DNA of 64,000 nt. Source: an uncultured Gemmatimonadaceae bacterium (GTDB taxonomy: Bacteria > Gemmatimonadota > Gemmatimonadetes > Gemmatimonadales > Gemmatimonadaceae). How positions within the stretch are numbered: position 1 is the stretch's first letter; each line of letters starts with the position of its first letter. The stretch is from positions 3,228,297 to 3,292,296 of the forward strand of contig OY970320.1 of NCBI GenBank assembly GCA_963716745.1, read 5' to 3'. The notes under the pieces were generated by a model. That model was given only the letters and a program-made list of their open reading frames with translations, made no database searches and was not told where the DNA came from. Of the stretch, positions 1-10,731 are shown piece after piece. The position numbers and the translations under genes are program-made.

Positions 1-1656
1 GATCACGATCGCCACGCACAGGATGCCGATGAAGATCATGCTGCGCGCCATCTTGCGCACGAGGATGCCCGTGAAGCCCACGTAGCCGCCGGTGAACTTG
101 TCGAACACCTTGTTGAACCAGATGAAGAACTTGCCGAGCGGGCCCTTCTTCGGCTCGGCTTTGCGCAGCAGCATCGCGCTGAGCGCGGGCGAGAGCGAGA
201 GCGCGCCGATCGCCGAGAGGATCACCGAGATCGCGATCGTGATCGCGAATTGCTGGTAGAGGCGTCCCGTGATGCCGCCCATGAACGCGACGGGCACGAA
301 CACGGCGCTCAATACGAGCGCGATCGCCACCACCGGGCCCGACACTTCGTCCATCGCCTTGTTCGCCGCGTCCTTCGGCGTCATCCCATGCTCAATGTGA
401 TGCACCACGGCTTCGACGACGACGATGGCGTCGTCCACCACGATGCCGATCGCGAGCACCAGGCCTAACAGCGAGAGCACGTTGATCGAGAAGCCGAGCA
501 TCGGGAAGATCGCGAACGTCCCGATGAGCGACACCGGCACCGTGAGCAGCGGGATGAGCGTAGCGCGCCAGTCCTGCAGGAAGATGAACACGACGAGAAT
601 GACCAGCACCATCGCTTCCAACAGCGTGTGCACGATCTCGTTGATGCCCTCGCTCACGGGGAGCGTGGTGTCGAGCGAGATCGCGTACTCCATGTCGTTC
701 GGGAAGCGGGTCTTGAGATCCTCCATCGTCTTCTTGATCTGGCCGGCCACATCGAGCGCGTTCGTGCCGGGGATCTGGTAGATCGCGATCGCCGCGGCGG
801 CGTCGCCGCTCAGCCGCGCGATGGAGTTGTAGTTCTGCTCGCCGAGCTCGAGGCGCGCGACATCGCGCAGATGCACCTGCGACCCGTCGGGATTCGTGCG
901 CACGATCACCGCGCCGAATTCCGCGGTGTCGGCCAAGCGGCCGTTCGTGCGCACCGCGTAGGTGAATTCCTGTCCCGGGGGCGCCGGCGGTCCGCCGATC
1001 TGTCCGCCCGGCACGATCACGTTCTGCGTCTGGATCGCCTTGGTGAGATCGGGCACCGTGAGCTTGAGCTGCGCGAGCCGGTCCGGACTCACCCACACGC
1101 GCATCGCGTAGTCGGCGCCGCCGAACAGCGTCACCTGGCCTACGCCGCGGATGCGCGCGATCTGGTCGGTGATGTTGATCGAGGCGTAGTTGTTCAGGAA
1201 GCGCGTGTCGTACGAGCGCTTCGGCGAGCGGAGCGTGACGATCAGCAGCGGGAAGGAGAGCGACTTCTTCACCGCGACGCCGAACTTCTTCACGTCCTCG
1301 GGCAGGCTGGGCGTGGCTTCGCTCACGCGGTTCTGCACGAGCACGTTGTTGATGTCGAGATTCGTGCCCACCTCGAACGCGACGCGCAGCGTCATCGAGC
1401 CGTCGTTCGCGTTGATCGAGCGCATGTAGATCGAGTTCTCGACGCCGTTCACCTTCTGCTCGAGCGGCGTCGCCACCGATTGCTCGACGCTCACGGCGTC
1501 GGCGCCGGTGTACGTGGCCGTGACCTGCACTTCGGGCGGCGTGATCTCGGGGTATTGCGAGACCGGAAGCCGCTGGAGGCTCACGAGGCCGACGAGCACC
1601 GTGACAATGGAGATCACCATCGCCACAATGGGGCGGCGAATGAAGAAATGGCCCAT
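1..1656 (-). CDS. HAE1-family RND efflux permease (AcrB/MexB-like); runs off the left window edge
   Basis: Minus strand from ATG 1656 reads MGHFFIRRPIVAMVISIV... and contains GIVVDDAIVVVEAV (proton-relay Asp pair); lies downstream of an MFP gene. Confidence 0.93.
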   Translation of the reverse strand, partial: MGHFFIRRPIVAMVISIVTVLVGLVSLQRLPVSQYPEITPPEVQVTATYTGADAVSVEQSVATPLEQKVNGVENSIYMRSINANDGSMTLRVAFEVGTNLDINNVLVQNRVSEATPSLPEDVKKFGVAVKKSLSFPLLIVTLRSPKRSYDTRFLNNYASINITDQIARIRGVGQVTLFGGADYAMRVWVSPDRLAQLKLTVPDLTKAIQTQNVIVPGGQIGGPPAPPGQEFTYAVRTNGRLADTAEFGAVIVRTNPDGSQVHLRDVARLELGEQNYNSIARLSGDAAAAIAIYQIPGTNALDVAGQIKKTMEDLKTRFPNDMEYAISLDTTLPVSEGINEIVHTLLEAMVLVILVVFIFLQDWRATLIPLLTVPVSLIGTFAIFPMLGFSINVLSLLGLVLAIGIVVDDAIVVVEAVVHHIEHGMTPKDAANKAMDEVSGPVVAIALVLSAVFVPVAFMGGITGRLYQQFAITIAISVILSAIGALSLSPALSAMLLRKAEPKKGPLGKFFIWFNKVFDKFTGGYVGFTGILVRKMARSMIFIGILCVAIVI

Positions 1657-1667
1657 GGTGCGCGCCC

Positions 1668-2880
1668 CTACGGTGTAGCGGGTTTCTTCGTGCTATCTGC
1701 ACCCGGCGGAGGGGTGCTCGGCTGTGGGCTGGCGGCTGTCGCCGGCACGGCGGTGGAGTCGGTCGGCGGCGGGGCGAGTGTCGCGCGCACTACGGAGCCG
1801 TCGCGCGCGCGCTGCAATCCGTCCACCACCACCTTGTCGCCCACCTGCAGACCATCGACGATCACGGTCATGTTCCCCGAGTTCGGACCGGTCTTCACCG
1901 TCTTGATGTGCACCGTATCCCCGGCGCCGATCTGCGCGACGCGCTGCGTGCCCTGCAGTTCCGTGAGCGCGCGCGTGGGGATCACCAGCGCGCCCTTGAG
2001 CGTTTCGCTCACCGAGCGCACGCGCGCGAATTGTCCGGCGCGCAGGATGCGGTCGGGATTCGGGAACGCGATGTCGATCGACACCGTGCCGGTGGTGGCG
2101 TCCGTGCGCGCGTCCATCGCGCGGAACTTGCCGGGGTAGGGGAAGGTCTGCCCGTTCGCGAGGATCATCTGGATCGGCCGCTTCGCCGTGTCGCTCTTGG
2201 ACGCCTTCGAGATGCGCGTGGCGAGTTCCAGATATTGCACTTCCGGGATGCTGATCTTCACCCAGATCGGATCGACTTTGGAGACCGTCGTGAGCGCCTG
2301 CGCATCAGCGGGTCCCACGAGATTGCCCACCGACTTGGTTGAGATGCCGGCCACGCCGTCGGTCGGCGCGAGGATCCGGCAATAGGCGAGATCCACCTGC
2401 GCCGCTTCGAGCGCGCCCTTCGCCGCAGCGACGGCGCCGATGGCCGTCTGCTCAGAGGCCTCCGCATCGTCGAGTTCCCGCTTGCTCACGGCTTTCTGCT
2501 CGACGAGCGGCCGGTAGCGCGCCACGTCCTGCTTCGCCTTGGTGAGCGACGCTTGCGCCTCGGTCAATTGTCCCTGGAGCTGTGCGACCTTGGCCTTGAA
2601 TGGATTCTCGTCGATCACGTAGAGCAGCTGGCCCTTCTTGACCGGCATTGCCCTCGTCGAAACTCTTCGACGTGAGGAATCCCGAAACGCGCGGACGGAT
2701 CTCCACTTCTTCGGAGCCGCGCGTCTGTCCCACGGCTTCAATGCCGATGGGAACATCCTGCTGCGTGACCGCGGCGTAGAGGACTTCGGGGGGGAGCGCT
2801 TTGGGTGCTTCCTTCTTGCCGCATGCGGCGAGCGCCGCGAGGGCCGCGATCGCCGCGGCGAGGGAAAGGTGTGACCTCAC
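1668..2880 (-). CDS. RND periplasmic adaptor (MFP) lipoprotein; one frameshift near 2650
   Basis: ORF 2452..2880 gives lipobox LAACGKK and VEIRPRVSG; ORF 1668..2756 continues with GQLLYVID, ILAPTDG, GLQVGDKVVVDG. Confidence 0.9.
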
Positions 2881-3099
2881 GATGACAACCTCGCTGCCGC
2901 AGGACGTGACTCACGGCCGTGCCGACATCGGCGTACATGCCCGGACCGCGAAGATGCCTCTTGAACCGCAGAGGAGCAAGCCGGACAATTGGGCGTATGG
3001 CTTTTCGGACGCGCCTCGAACGGGCTTAGATTCTGTAACTGCAGACTGAGACGTTAGACTTAGACGTTGGAAGGCGTCGTTAGCCGTGAGTTCAACTGC

Positions 3100-3173
3100 G
3101 GCAGGGTAGCTCAGCTGGTTAGAGCACGGCACTCATAATGCCGGGGTCGCGGGTTCGAGTCCCGCCCCTGCTA
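3100..3173 (+). tRNA. tRNA with CAT anticodon, most likely elongator tRNA-Met; CCA not encoded
   Basis: Full cloverleaf: acceptor GGCAGGG/CCCTGCT-A, D arm GCTC..GAGC, anticodon arm CGGCA-CTCATAA-TGCCG, T arm GCGGG-TTCGAGT-CCCGC; no initiator GGG/CCC anticodon stem. Confidence 0.95.
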
Positions 3174-3186
3174 TCTGATTCGAAAA

Positions 3187-3218
3187 CAAAAGCGCGCTCC
3201 CGAGGGAGCGCGCTTTTG
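3187..3218. terminator. Bidirectional intrinsic terminator
   Basis: CAAAAGCGCGCTCCC-GA-GGGAGCGCGCTTTTG hairpin with A and T tails, between the tRNA and a convergent gene. Confidence 0.85.
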
Positions 3219-3241
3219 CTCTCGCTGCGCGCCGCTTCTCG

Positions 3242-5518
3242 CTACCGTCGCCTCCCGCCACCGCCACCGCCGCCGCGCGATCCTCCGCCCGAGCGCGCGG
3301 AGTTGTAGTTCTGCGTGCGCTGTTGTCCTTGCTGTCGCGCTTGCTGGGTCCTCGGCACATCGGCGGGCACGCGCCCCTTCGACGCAGCGCCGCCCGCTCC
3401 GCCCGCACCGCCGGCGTCCTGCCATTTGCCGCCCTGGTTCGACTGCCAGTTGTTCCCATTCTGCCGGTAGACATTCCCGTCCTTCCCGGCGACGACATTG
3501 TTCGGCCGATTCGACGCACTCCCGCCGGAAGACAGATCGCGCGTCAATGGCTGATTGGCCACGCGCCCCTCACTTCCCGGTTGGCGGTACATGTTGTTGC
3601 TCACGCCGGCACCGCCGCCGCCAGGTTTGCCTGGTCCACCGACTCCGCCGACTCCTCCAACTCCGCCGGGCTTACCGGGTCCGCCCACTCCACCGACTCC
3701 ACCCACTCCACCAACTCCACCAACTCCGCCCACGCCACCAACTCCACCGACGCCGCCGACCCCACCCACGCCGCCGACTCCGCCAACTCCACCCACTCCG
3801 CCCACTCCGCCACCGTACCCTGGATATCCGCCGTACGGCGGCCGGTAATACGCCGGCGGATACATCGGACGCCCATACGGACCGTACCATCCTCCGTATC
3901 CGCCGAAAGCAATGCCCACGTGCAGGAACGGCGTGCTGAAGCCGAAGCCCACCGTGAATCCGGTATACGGATTCCAGCGCACCGCCACACCGAACGTCAC
4001 GGGATACGGGTAATACGCATACGGGCTCACATACGGCGGATAGTAGAATCCAGTGCCGTACACGACGGTGCCATAGTACGGATACATCCCCGTGTACCCC
4101 GACGTGTATCCGACATACACGACGGTCGGCGTCGTGTCGTACACCTCGACATACTTCACGTTGTAGACCGGTGAGCTCGGCGGGATCGATTGCACGGAGC
4201 TCGGCACGGAGTCGGCCACTGTCCACGGACCCTGCGGCCCGACCGACAGGAACCACACCGCCTTGTCGCACACGTAATACATCGAGCCGATCTTCAGCAC
4301 CTGCGACGCGGTGTTGGTCGCGTACTGGATCTGGGTGCCGGTCACGGGAGCGAATTTCGGCTCGCCATCGTACGTGACCGTCACCTTGGCCGTCGCGCGG
4401 TCGATCGCCGCCGTTTGCGGGATCTGCGCGTCCATGACCGCGTCCTTCGCCTGCTGCGTGCCCGGCACCGAAGCGAGCGCCTCCGACCTCGCGCTCGCCG
4501 GAGGGATCTTCGCGAAGGCCGCCGGCAGCGAATCGGGATTCACGAACTTCCACGGGCCGTCCAGCGTCTTCGAGGAGAACCAGCGCCCCGAGAGCAGCAC
4601 GTACGTGAGTTGCGTTCCGAGATCCTTGAACACCACGCGATCGGTGTTCTTCACGTACAGCAGATCCGTTCCCGTCATCGGCGACCAGCTCGGCGCGCCC
4701 TCGAACACGATGAGCTCTGTGGGCTTGGTGGCGACCACGATCTTGGGCGGTGCGCCGGGGGGCGCGCTGTCGCGCTGCAGTGAATCGGGGACGAGCGCCT
4801 TCACCGGCGCCGGTGGCGCGGTGATCTTCTCCCATGGCCCGAGCGCGCTCTTCGCGCCGTACCAGAGCGGGCCGCCGTTCAGGTAGAACGCCCCCGCGGC
4901 CGAGTCCCAAACCACCATCATCGGCGTGTTCACCGCGCGCTTGAACGGTGAGTTCGGCATCGTGTGCAGGATCGGTTCGCCTGCGTACAGCAGCAGCGCC
5001 GCGGGCACGTTCAATGTGAGGATCGCGGGCGGAGTCGTGTTCAAACTGTCGGCCGAGCGTTCCTCGACGGCGGCGAGCTCGAGGCTCGACGAGAAGCGGT
5101 CGAACGCGATCTCGAAACGCCAGCTCTCGATGAGCGGACCGACGATCGCGCGGAAGCTCTTCTCCTTCTCCGGCGTGATGCCGGTGAAGCGCACGTTCGC
5201 TACGACCACCTGATCGATGTGCACGGTGCGCGAATCCTTGTCGGTCTGCGCACGCGCCGAGAACCATACGACGCCGAACACCGGAGTCGTGCTCCCCTTC
5301 CGCGTGACCGACACGGCGGAACGTGCCGTGAGGTTGATCCCCTTGAGCGACTCAGGCTCCGGTTGGTAGATGATGATCTTCGCGGAGTCGGTCTTCAGCT
5401 GGCGCGGCCATCCGATCTCGCCGGCCTGCTGCGCCGCGGCGCCGAGCGTGGCGATGCCGAGCGCAATGCACAGGAAGGCGACCGCGCGCAGCGAACGAGC
5501 GATGGGAACTGTGAGCAT
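3242..5518 (-). CDS. Secreted protein with repeated beta-rich modules and a Tyr/Gly-rich low-complexity tail
   Basis: Start MLTVPIARS after RBS GAGG; signal peptide; repeated YvllsGrWf.s....GPW-type motifs; (GGV)n tail. Confidence 0.8.
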   Translation of the reverse strand: MLTVPIARSLRAVAFLCIALGIATLGAAAQQAGEIGWPRQLKTDSAKIIIYQPEPESLKGINLTARSAVSVTRKGSTTPVFGVVWFSARAQTDKDSRTVHIDQVVVANVRFTGITPEKEKSFRAIVGPLIESWRFEIAFDRFSSSLELAAVEERSADSLNTTPPAILTLNVPAALLLYAGEPILHTMPNSPFKRAVNTPMMVVWDSAAGAFYLNGGPLWYGAKSALGPWEKITAPPAPVKALVPDSLQRDSAPPGAPPKIVVATKPTELIVFEGAPSWSPMTGTDLLYVKNTDRVVFKDLGTQLTYVLLSGRWFSSKTLDGPWKFVNPDSLPAAFAKIPPASARSEALASVPGTQQAKDAVMDAQIPQTAAIDRATAKVTVTYDGEPKFAPVTGTQIQYATNTASQVLKIGSMYYVCDKAVWFLSVGPQGPWTVADSVPSSVQSIPPSSPVYNVKYVEVYDTTPTVVYVGYTSGYTGMYPYYGTVVYGTGFYYPPYVSPYAYYPYPVTFGVAVRWNPYTGFTVGFGFSTPFLHVGIAFGGYGGWYGPYGRPMYPPAYYRPPYGGYPGYGGGVGGVGGVGGVGGVGGVGGVGGVGGVGGVGGVGGVGGVGGVGGPGKPGGVGGVGGVGGPGKPGGGGAGVSNNMYRQPGSEGRVANQPLTRDLSSGGSASNRPNNVVAGKDGNVYRQNGNNWQSNQGGKWQDAGGAGGAGGAASKGRVPADVPRTQQARQQGQQRTQNYNSARSGGGSRGGGGGGGRRR
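3616..3812 (-). repeat. Coding tandem repeat, about 14 x GGV followed by GGPGKP units
   Basis: 9-bp periodicity with varied synonymous codons. Confidence 0.9.
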
Positions 5519-5644
5519 GAATTCCTCTCGAGAGGATCGGACGGGCCGACTCGCGGAACGAGCGCGCCGATGCGTTGATACTAGTACGGCGAATACCCCG
5601 CGCAACGGCAGTCGTGCCCTACGGTCCGCGCCGGCGATCCGCGC

Positions 5645-8600
5645 TCACATCTTCGGCACCGCGATCGCCTTCATGCCCTTGTCCGTGAGCGCTTTGTTCA
5701 GCGCGGGCAGTTCCTTCGCTTCCCACGCACCGAACGCGCGGCTGACGTCGGCCAGTTCCTTGCTGATCGCCTGCGCGCGCTGCGCTTGCATGTCCGTGGG
5801 TTGGCCGTCGTAGTTGGTCACGCCGTCGTAGAGCCCGATGAGGTTCTCACGCAGGCGCTCCTCGCCGGTGATCGCGCCCCCTTCCTTCGTGGCCACGATC
5901 TTCTTGCGCAACGAGTCTACCTGCGCCGACGCGGCGCGCAGGCGCGAGGCGAGCGCGTCATCCTTCAGCGCCGCCGCATTCATCTCGAGCGCCGTTCGCG
6001 TGCCGTTCATCCGGTCCACCACGGTGGTCATCGTGTCGAGCAGCGCGTACAGCCGGTTCGCGAGCACGTTCTGCGCGCGGCGGTCGGCCATCGTGTAGGT
6101 CGCGCGCGGATCGGGCACGAGATGCAGCAGCGCCGTCGCCACGTTGCTCCCTTCGACGAGGCGCACGGTGTACGTCCCCGGCAGGTAGCGGGGCCCCGGG
6201 CCGAAGCCCGCCTGCGCCGCGGGCGGGATCCGCGCCGGCGGCTTGCGCATCGACCACGTCACCTGGTTCAGCCCGCGAAGATTCGTCGCGGGGAGCGACG
6301 CGAGCACTTTGCCCGCGGAGTCGCGCACCTCGAGCGTCATGTCGCCGAACACGTGGCGCTTCTGCAGGAAGTACGTGATGATGGCGTCGTCGGAAGGGTT
6401 CGGGCCGATGAACACGGCGTCGCCCGTCCCCCAGCCGCCGGACGCGGGCATGCGAAGCACGGTGGGCTGCGACGGCATGATCGCCACCGGCTTCGCGAGC
6501 GTCTCATTGGTCAGTGCGCGCAGCGGCGTGAGATCATCCACGATCCAGATGCCGCGGCCGTGCGTCGCGACCACGAGCGCATTATCTCGCGGATGGATCG
6601 CGAGATCGCGCACCGCGACGCTCGGGAAGTCGCCCCCCTTGAATCGCGACCACTGCTGCCCGCCGTCCACGGACACCCACAATCCGAATTCGGTGCCGAG
6701 GTACAACAGCTTCGGGTTGACGAGATCTTGTTTGATCACGTGCGCGTAGCCGCGCACCGGCGCGTCGGCCGGCACCAGCGATGTCCACGTCTTGCCGAAG
6801 TCGGTGGAGCGGTACGCGTACGGCCGCATGTCGCCGAACATGTGCAGATCGAACGTCGCGTAGATCGTGCCGGCGGCGAAATGGCCGGCGTCCACGTACG
6901 ACACCCACGCGGCCTTGGGCAGTCCCTTGATGTTGCCCACCACGTTCGTCCACGATCTCCCGGCGTCACGCGTGACCTGCAGATTGCCGTCGTCGGTGCC
7001 CGCCCAGACGACGTTCGGATCCTTGGGCGACTCCGAGATCGCGTAGATGGTGGTGTGCATCTCCGCCGACGAGTTGTCGACGGTGATACCGCCCGACTCC
7101 TCCTGCTTCTGCTTCTCGGGATCGTTCGTCGTGAGATCGGGAGAGATGCGCTGCCAGCTCTGTCCGTGGTCGCGCGACCGGAAGAGGAATTGCGCGCCGA
7201 TGTACACGGTGCCCTTCTGCGTGGGACTCACCATGATCGGCGTGTTCCAGTTGAAGCGGAGTTTCCCCTCCTTGTAGCCGGGCAGCGGCTGAATGTCGCG
7301 CGTCTCGTGCGTCTTGCGGTTCACGCGTCCGATGCTGCCGCCCTGCGCCTCGGCGTAGATGTACGTCGGGTCGCTCGGATCGGTCCACATCCAGAAGCCG
7401 TCGCCGCCGTACATGTTCTCCCAGCGGCTGTTCGTGATCCCGCCCGGATACGACGAGTTCCCCACCCACGAGCTGTTGTCCTGCAGTCCGCCGTAGACAT
7501 TGAACGGCCGGTCCATGTCCAGGCTCACGTGATAGAACTGGGACACTGGGCAGATTTCCGGCCTTCCACCACTTGTCGCCGCCGTCCATCGAGTACCAGA
7601 TGCCGCCGTCGTCGCCGGTGATGAGATGGTCGGTGTTGTTTGGATCGATCCACACGACGTGGTGGTCGCCGTGCGTGCCGCCGTTCACGAAGTTGAAGGT
7701 CGTGCCGCCGTTCGTGCTCATGATGAGCGGGCCGTCCGGCTTGAAGATCCGGTTCTCGTTCTTCGGGTCGACGATCAGGTTGGCGAAGTAGAAGGGACGC
7801 CAGACCATGTTCTGACTGCGGTCCTTCCTTGTCCACGTCGCGCCGCCGTCATCGGAGCGATAGAGCGCGCCGTTGGGCGCCGCCGCCTCGACGAACGCAT
7901 AGACGACATTCGGCTTGGATGGCGCGACGCTGACCGCCACGCGCCCCCACGGCTTCGCCGGCAGCCCCTTCGCCGATGCCGAGTCGAGCGACGACCACGT
8001 CGCGCCGCCGTCGGTGCTCTTGAACAATCCGCTGCCGCTCGGCGCGTCGGCGCCGTTACCGCCGGAGCGGAACGTCCAGCCCTGGCGCCGGAAGTCCCAC
8101 ATGCCGGCGTAGAGCGTGTTCGCGTTCTGCGAGTCCATCGACATCATCGAGCAGCCGGTGGAGGCGTTGTTGCCGGCGAGCATCTTGTTCCACGTCTTGC
8201 CGCCGTCGGTCGTCTTGTACACGCCGCGGTCGGGACTGTCGCTGAACGCCTTGCCCGGCACGCACGCGTACACCGTGTTCGCGTCGGCGGCGCTCACGAT
8301 GATCTTCACGATGTGCTCGCTCTCGCGAAGACCCATGTTGGTCCACGTCTCGCCGCCGTCGGTGGACTTGTAGATGCCATCGCCCACCGACACCGAGTTG
8401 CGGATCCAGGCTTCGCCGGTGCCCACCCAGATGACTTTCGAGTTGGTCGGATCGATGGTGATCGCGCCGATCGACTGCACGGTCTCCTTGTCGAACACAG
8501 GCTTGTACGTGGTGCCGCCGTTCATGCTCTTCCACACACCGCCGCTCGCGGCGCCCACGTACACGGTGAGGCGGTCGCCATCTTGCACCGCGGCGAGCGC

Positions 8601-9518
8601 GGCGATGCGGCCGCTCATCTCGGCGGAGCCGATGTTGCGCGCGGCGATGCCGGCGGTGGTCTCGGAATCCACGCGCGTCGCGGCGGCGGTGCCCATCGCC
8701 GCAGGCAGCGGCACGGGCTTCGCCGCGGGCGCGGCTGCGGCCACCGGCGGCAGCACGTTCAGCTGCGGCACGGGCGAGACGCCCGCCGCGGGCTCGGTGA
8801 AGAGCGCGTTGTCCAGCGCGACGTTGGCTTCGATCGACGTGAACGCGTAGTTCACACGATCCGACGCCGGACTCCCCTTGTCGCCGATCGTGATGCTGTA
8901 CGGAAGGTACCAGCCGTTCACCGGCTTGAAGTTGCCGACAGTGACCTCGAACTCCCGCTCGGCGCCGCGGATCACGCGCTTCACATCGTACTTGATCGGA
9001 AGGTAGTAGTCCTTGTCGATGAAGTAGGTGCGCACGTCGCCGTTGCTGGCGAGCGTGAGGCGCAGCTTGTAGACGTCGGTGCCGTCCGCCACGTCGGTGC
9101 CGAGGTATTCGAGCTTGTTCCCCTCGCGCGCATAGGAGAGCAGGGGATCCTCGAACTCGGCATCCTCGAGGAGTCCGCGCATCTCATCTTCGGCCATCGG
9201 CTGCACATCCTTGCGCCCGTTGAAGGGTTCGACCTTCCAGCCCTTCGAGCCGTCATAAGCGGTGATGCCCACCATGCCGCCGAATCCGAATTCCTCGCGC
9301 ACCATGTTCGCGCGCTTCGCCTCGTACAGGATGCGCGCTTCGAATCCGCCGCCGCCGATGAAGCGGCCCGTGCGGCGCAGCGTGGTGACGGCGGCGATCG
9401 TGGAGGCGCCGCCGGAGCGCGCGATGTACTGTGCGACGATCGAGTCCGCCGACTGTTGTGCGGCGAGCGGCGCGGCGATGATCGCCAGCGGGAGGACGAG
9501 TTTGAAGAACGGGCGCAT
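5645..9518 (-). CDS. LolA-like N-terminal domain fused to a VPS10/BNR-repeat beta-propeller (glycosyl hydrolase-like); frameshift near 7550
   Basis: Signal MRPFFKLVLPL...; multiple S/T-x-D-G-G-x-T-W Asp-boxes; GNLP..QFYHV junction joins ORFs 6966..9632 and 5645..7546. Confidence 0.85.
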
Positions 9519-9666
9519 GAGTGGCTCCTCAGAGGGGCGGGTGCAACATTTCAAAGTGGCTCGCTGAGGGGCGGAGTGCCAGTACGAGTGCGCGGGCGGC
9601 CGGTGAAACTGTGTCATCACTTGAGCGTACAATCATCGATATCGTCCAGCTTCTGATCCCCGCGGA

Positions 9667-10431
9667 ATGTCTCCAACCACCGAGGCCTCACGCATGAGCC
9701 GGAACCAGCAGGCTGCCCAGTTCCTCTTCGCGGTCGCGATGATCGGCCTCGGCTTGCTCGCGCTCGCGTACGGCATTCACGGTACGGCCTGGTACTCGGT
9801 GCCGGCCTGGGTGCCGTGGCGTGCGGTCGTCACCTACGCATCGGGCGTCATTCTGCTCGCCTCCGGCGCGGGACTGTTGTTCGCGCCCACGGCCACGATC
9901 TCATCGCGCGTCCTGTTCGGCTATCTCGCCATCTGGCTGTGCATGCGAGTGCCCACGCTGATCGACGGCCCGCTCGTGCCGGTGAATTGGGAGAACGCCG
10001 CCGAGCTGGGCACACTCACGGCCGGCGCGTGGGTCATTCTCGCAAGGCTCGCCGGTGCGAGTGTGCCACTCGCGGCGCGGATCATGTTCGGGCTCTCGCT
10101 GGTGGCATTCGGCATCGCGCATTTCGCCTATGTGCCGCAGACGGCGGGGCTCATTCCGGCGATCTTCCCGTTCCACACCGGCCTCGTCTATTTCACCGGC
10201 GCCGCGCACTGCGCCGCCGGGCTCGGTGTGTTGTTCTCGGTGGTCCCGCGCCTGGCGGCGCGACTCGAAGCGGCGATGCTCGCGATCTTCACGCTCGCGG
10301 TGTGGGTCCCCACGCTCTTCGCTCCGCGGATCAGCCTCGGCACGTGGACGGAGTTCGTGGTCTCCTGTGCGGTGACCGCCGGCGCATGGGTCGTCGCCGA
10401 GAGCATCCCGGCGAACCGCGCGGCGCTATGA
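9667..10431 (+). CDS. DoxX-like membrane protein
   Basis: Many TM segments; FGIAHF, LIPAIFP, YFTG motifs in two internal repeats. Confidence 0.7.
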   Translation: MSPTTEASRMSRNQQAAQFLFAVAMIGLGLLALAYGIHGTAWYSVPAWVPWRAVVTYASGVILLASGAGLLFAPTATISSRVLFGYLAIWLCMRVPTLIDGPLVPVNWENAAELGTLTAGAWVILARLAGASVPLAARIMFGLSLVAFGIAHFAYVPQTAGLIPAIFPFHTGLVYFTGAAHCAAGLGVLFSVVPRLAARLEAAMLAIFTLAVWVPTLFAPRISLGTWTEFVVSCAVTAGAWVVAESIPANRAAL

Positions 10432-10731
10432 CTTCACGGCGCTGACGCTCCGGGATCGCAATGCGTGCGATCGCAGGCGGATGCAATACAGTACGCTTGA
10501 GTGAAAGTTCCCTACACGAGGGCGCGCCATTTCCCCTAAGCACATCGGCACACTTGCGGTATTTTGCCCCCCCTCACTAACGTAGGCACTCGGACGCGCG
10601 CCTCCGCGCAGCGCCGTATGAAATGAGAATCGGGAGCCTCGTGGCGCTGTGACATTCGTGCGCCGCTGCAGTGCTAAGTAGCAATCGCAGTCCGCTGGCA
10701 ATGTGCGCTTTCCCCTCGCGGAGGTCGACAT

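Noticed and set aside
3100..3173. tRNA as the integration site of an island
   Set aside because: No integrase seen, and I found no duplicate of the tRNA 3' end in the window
10432..10731. Riboswitch or sigma54 promoter in the 300-bp leader of the decarboxylase operon
   Set aside because: GG/GC spacing is wrong for -24/-12 and I recognised no aptamer consensus; an Rfam scan would be needed
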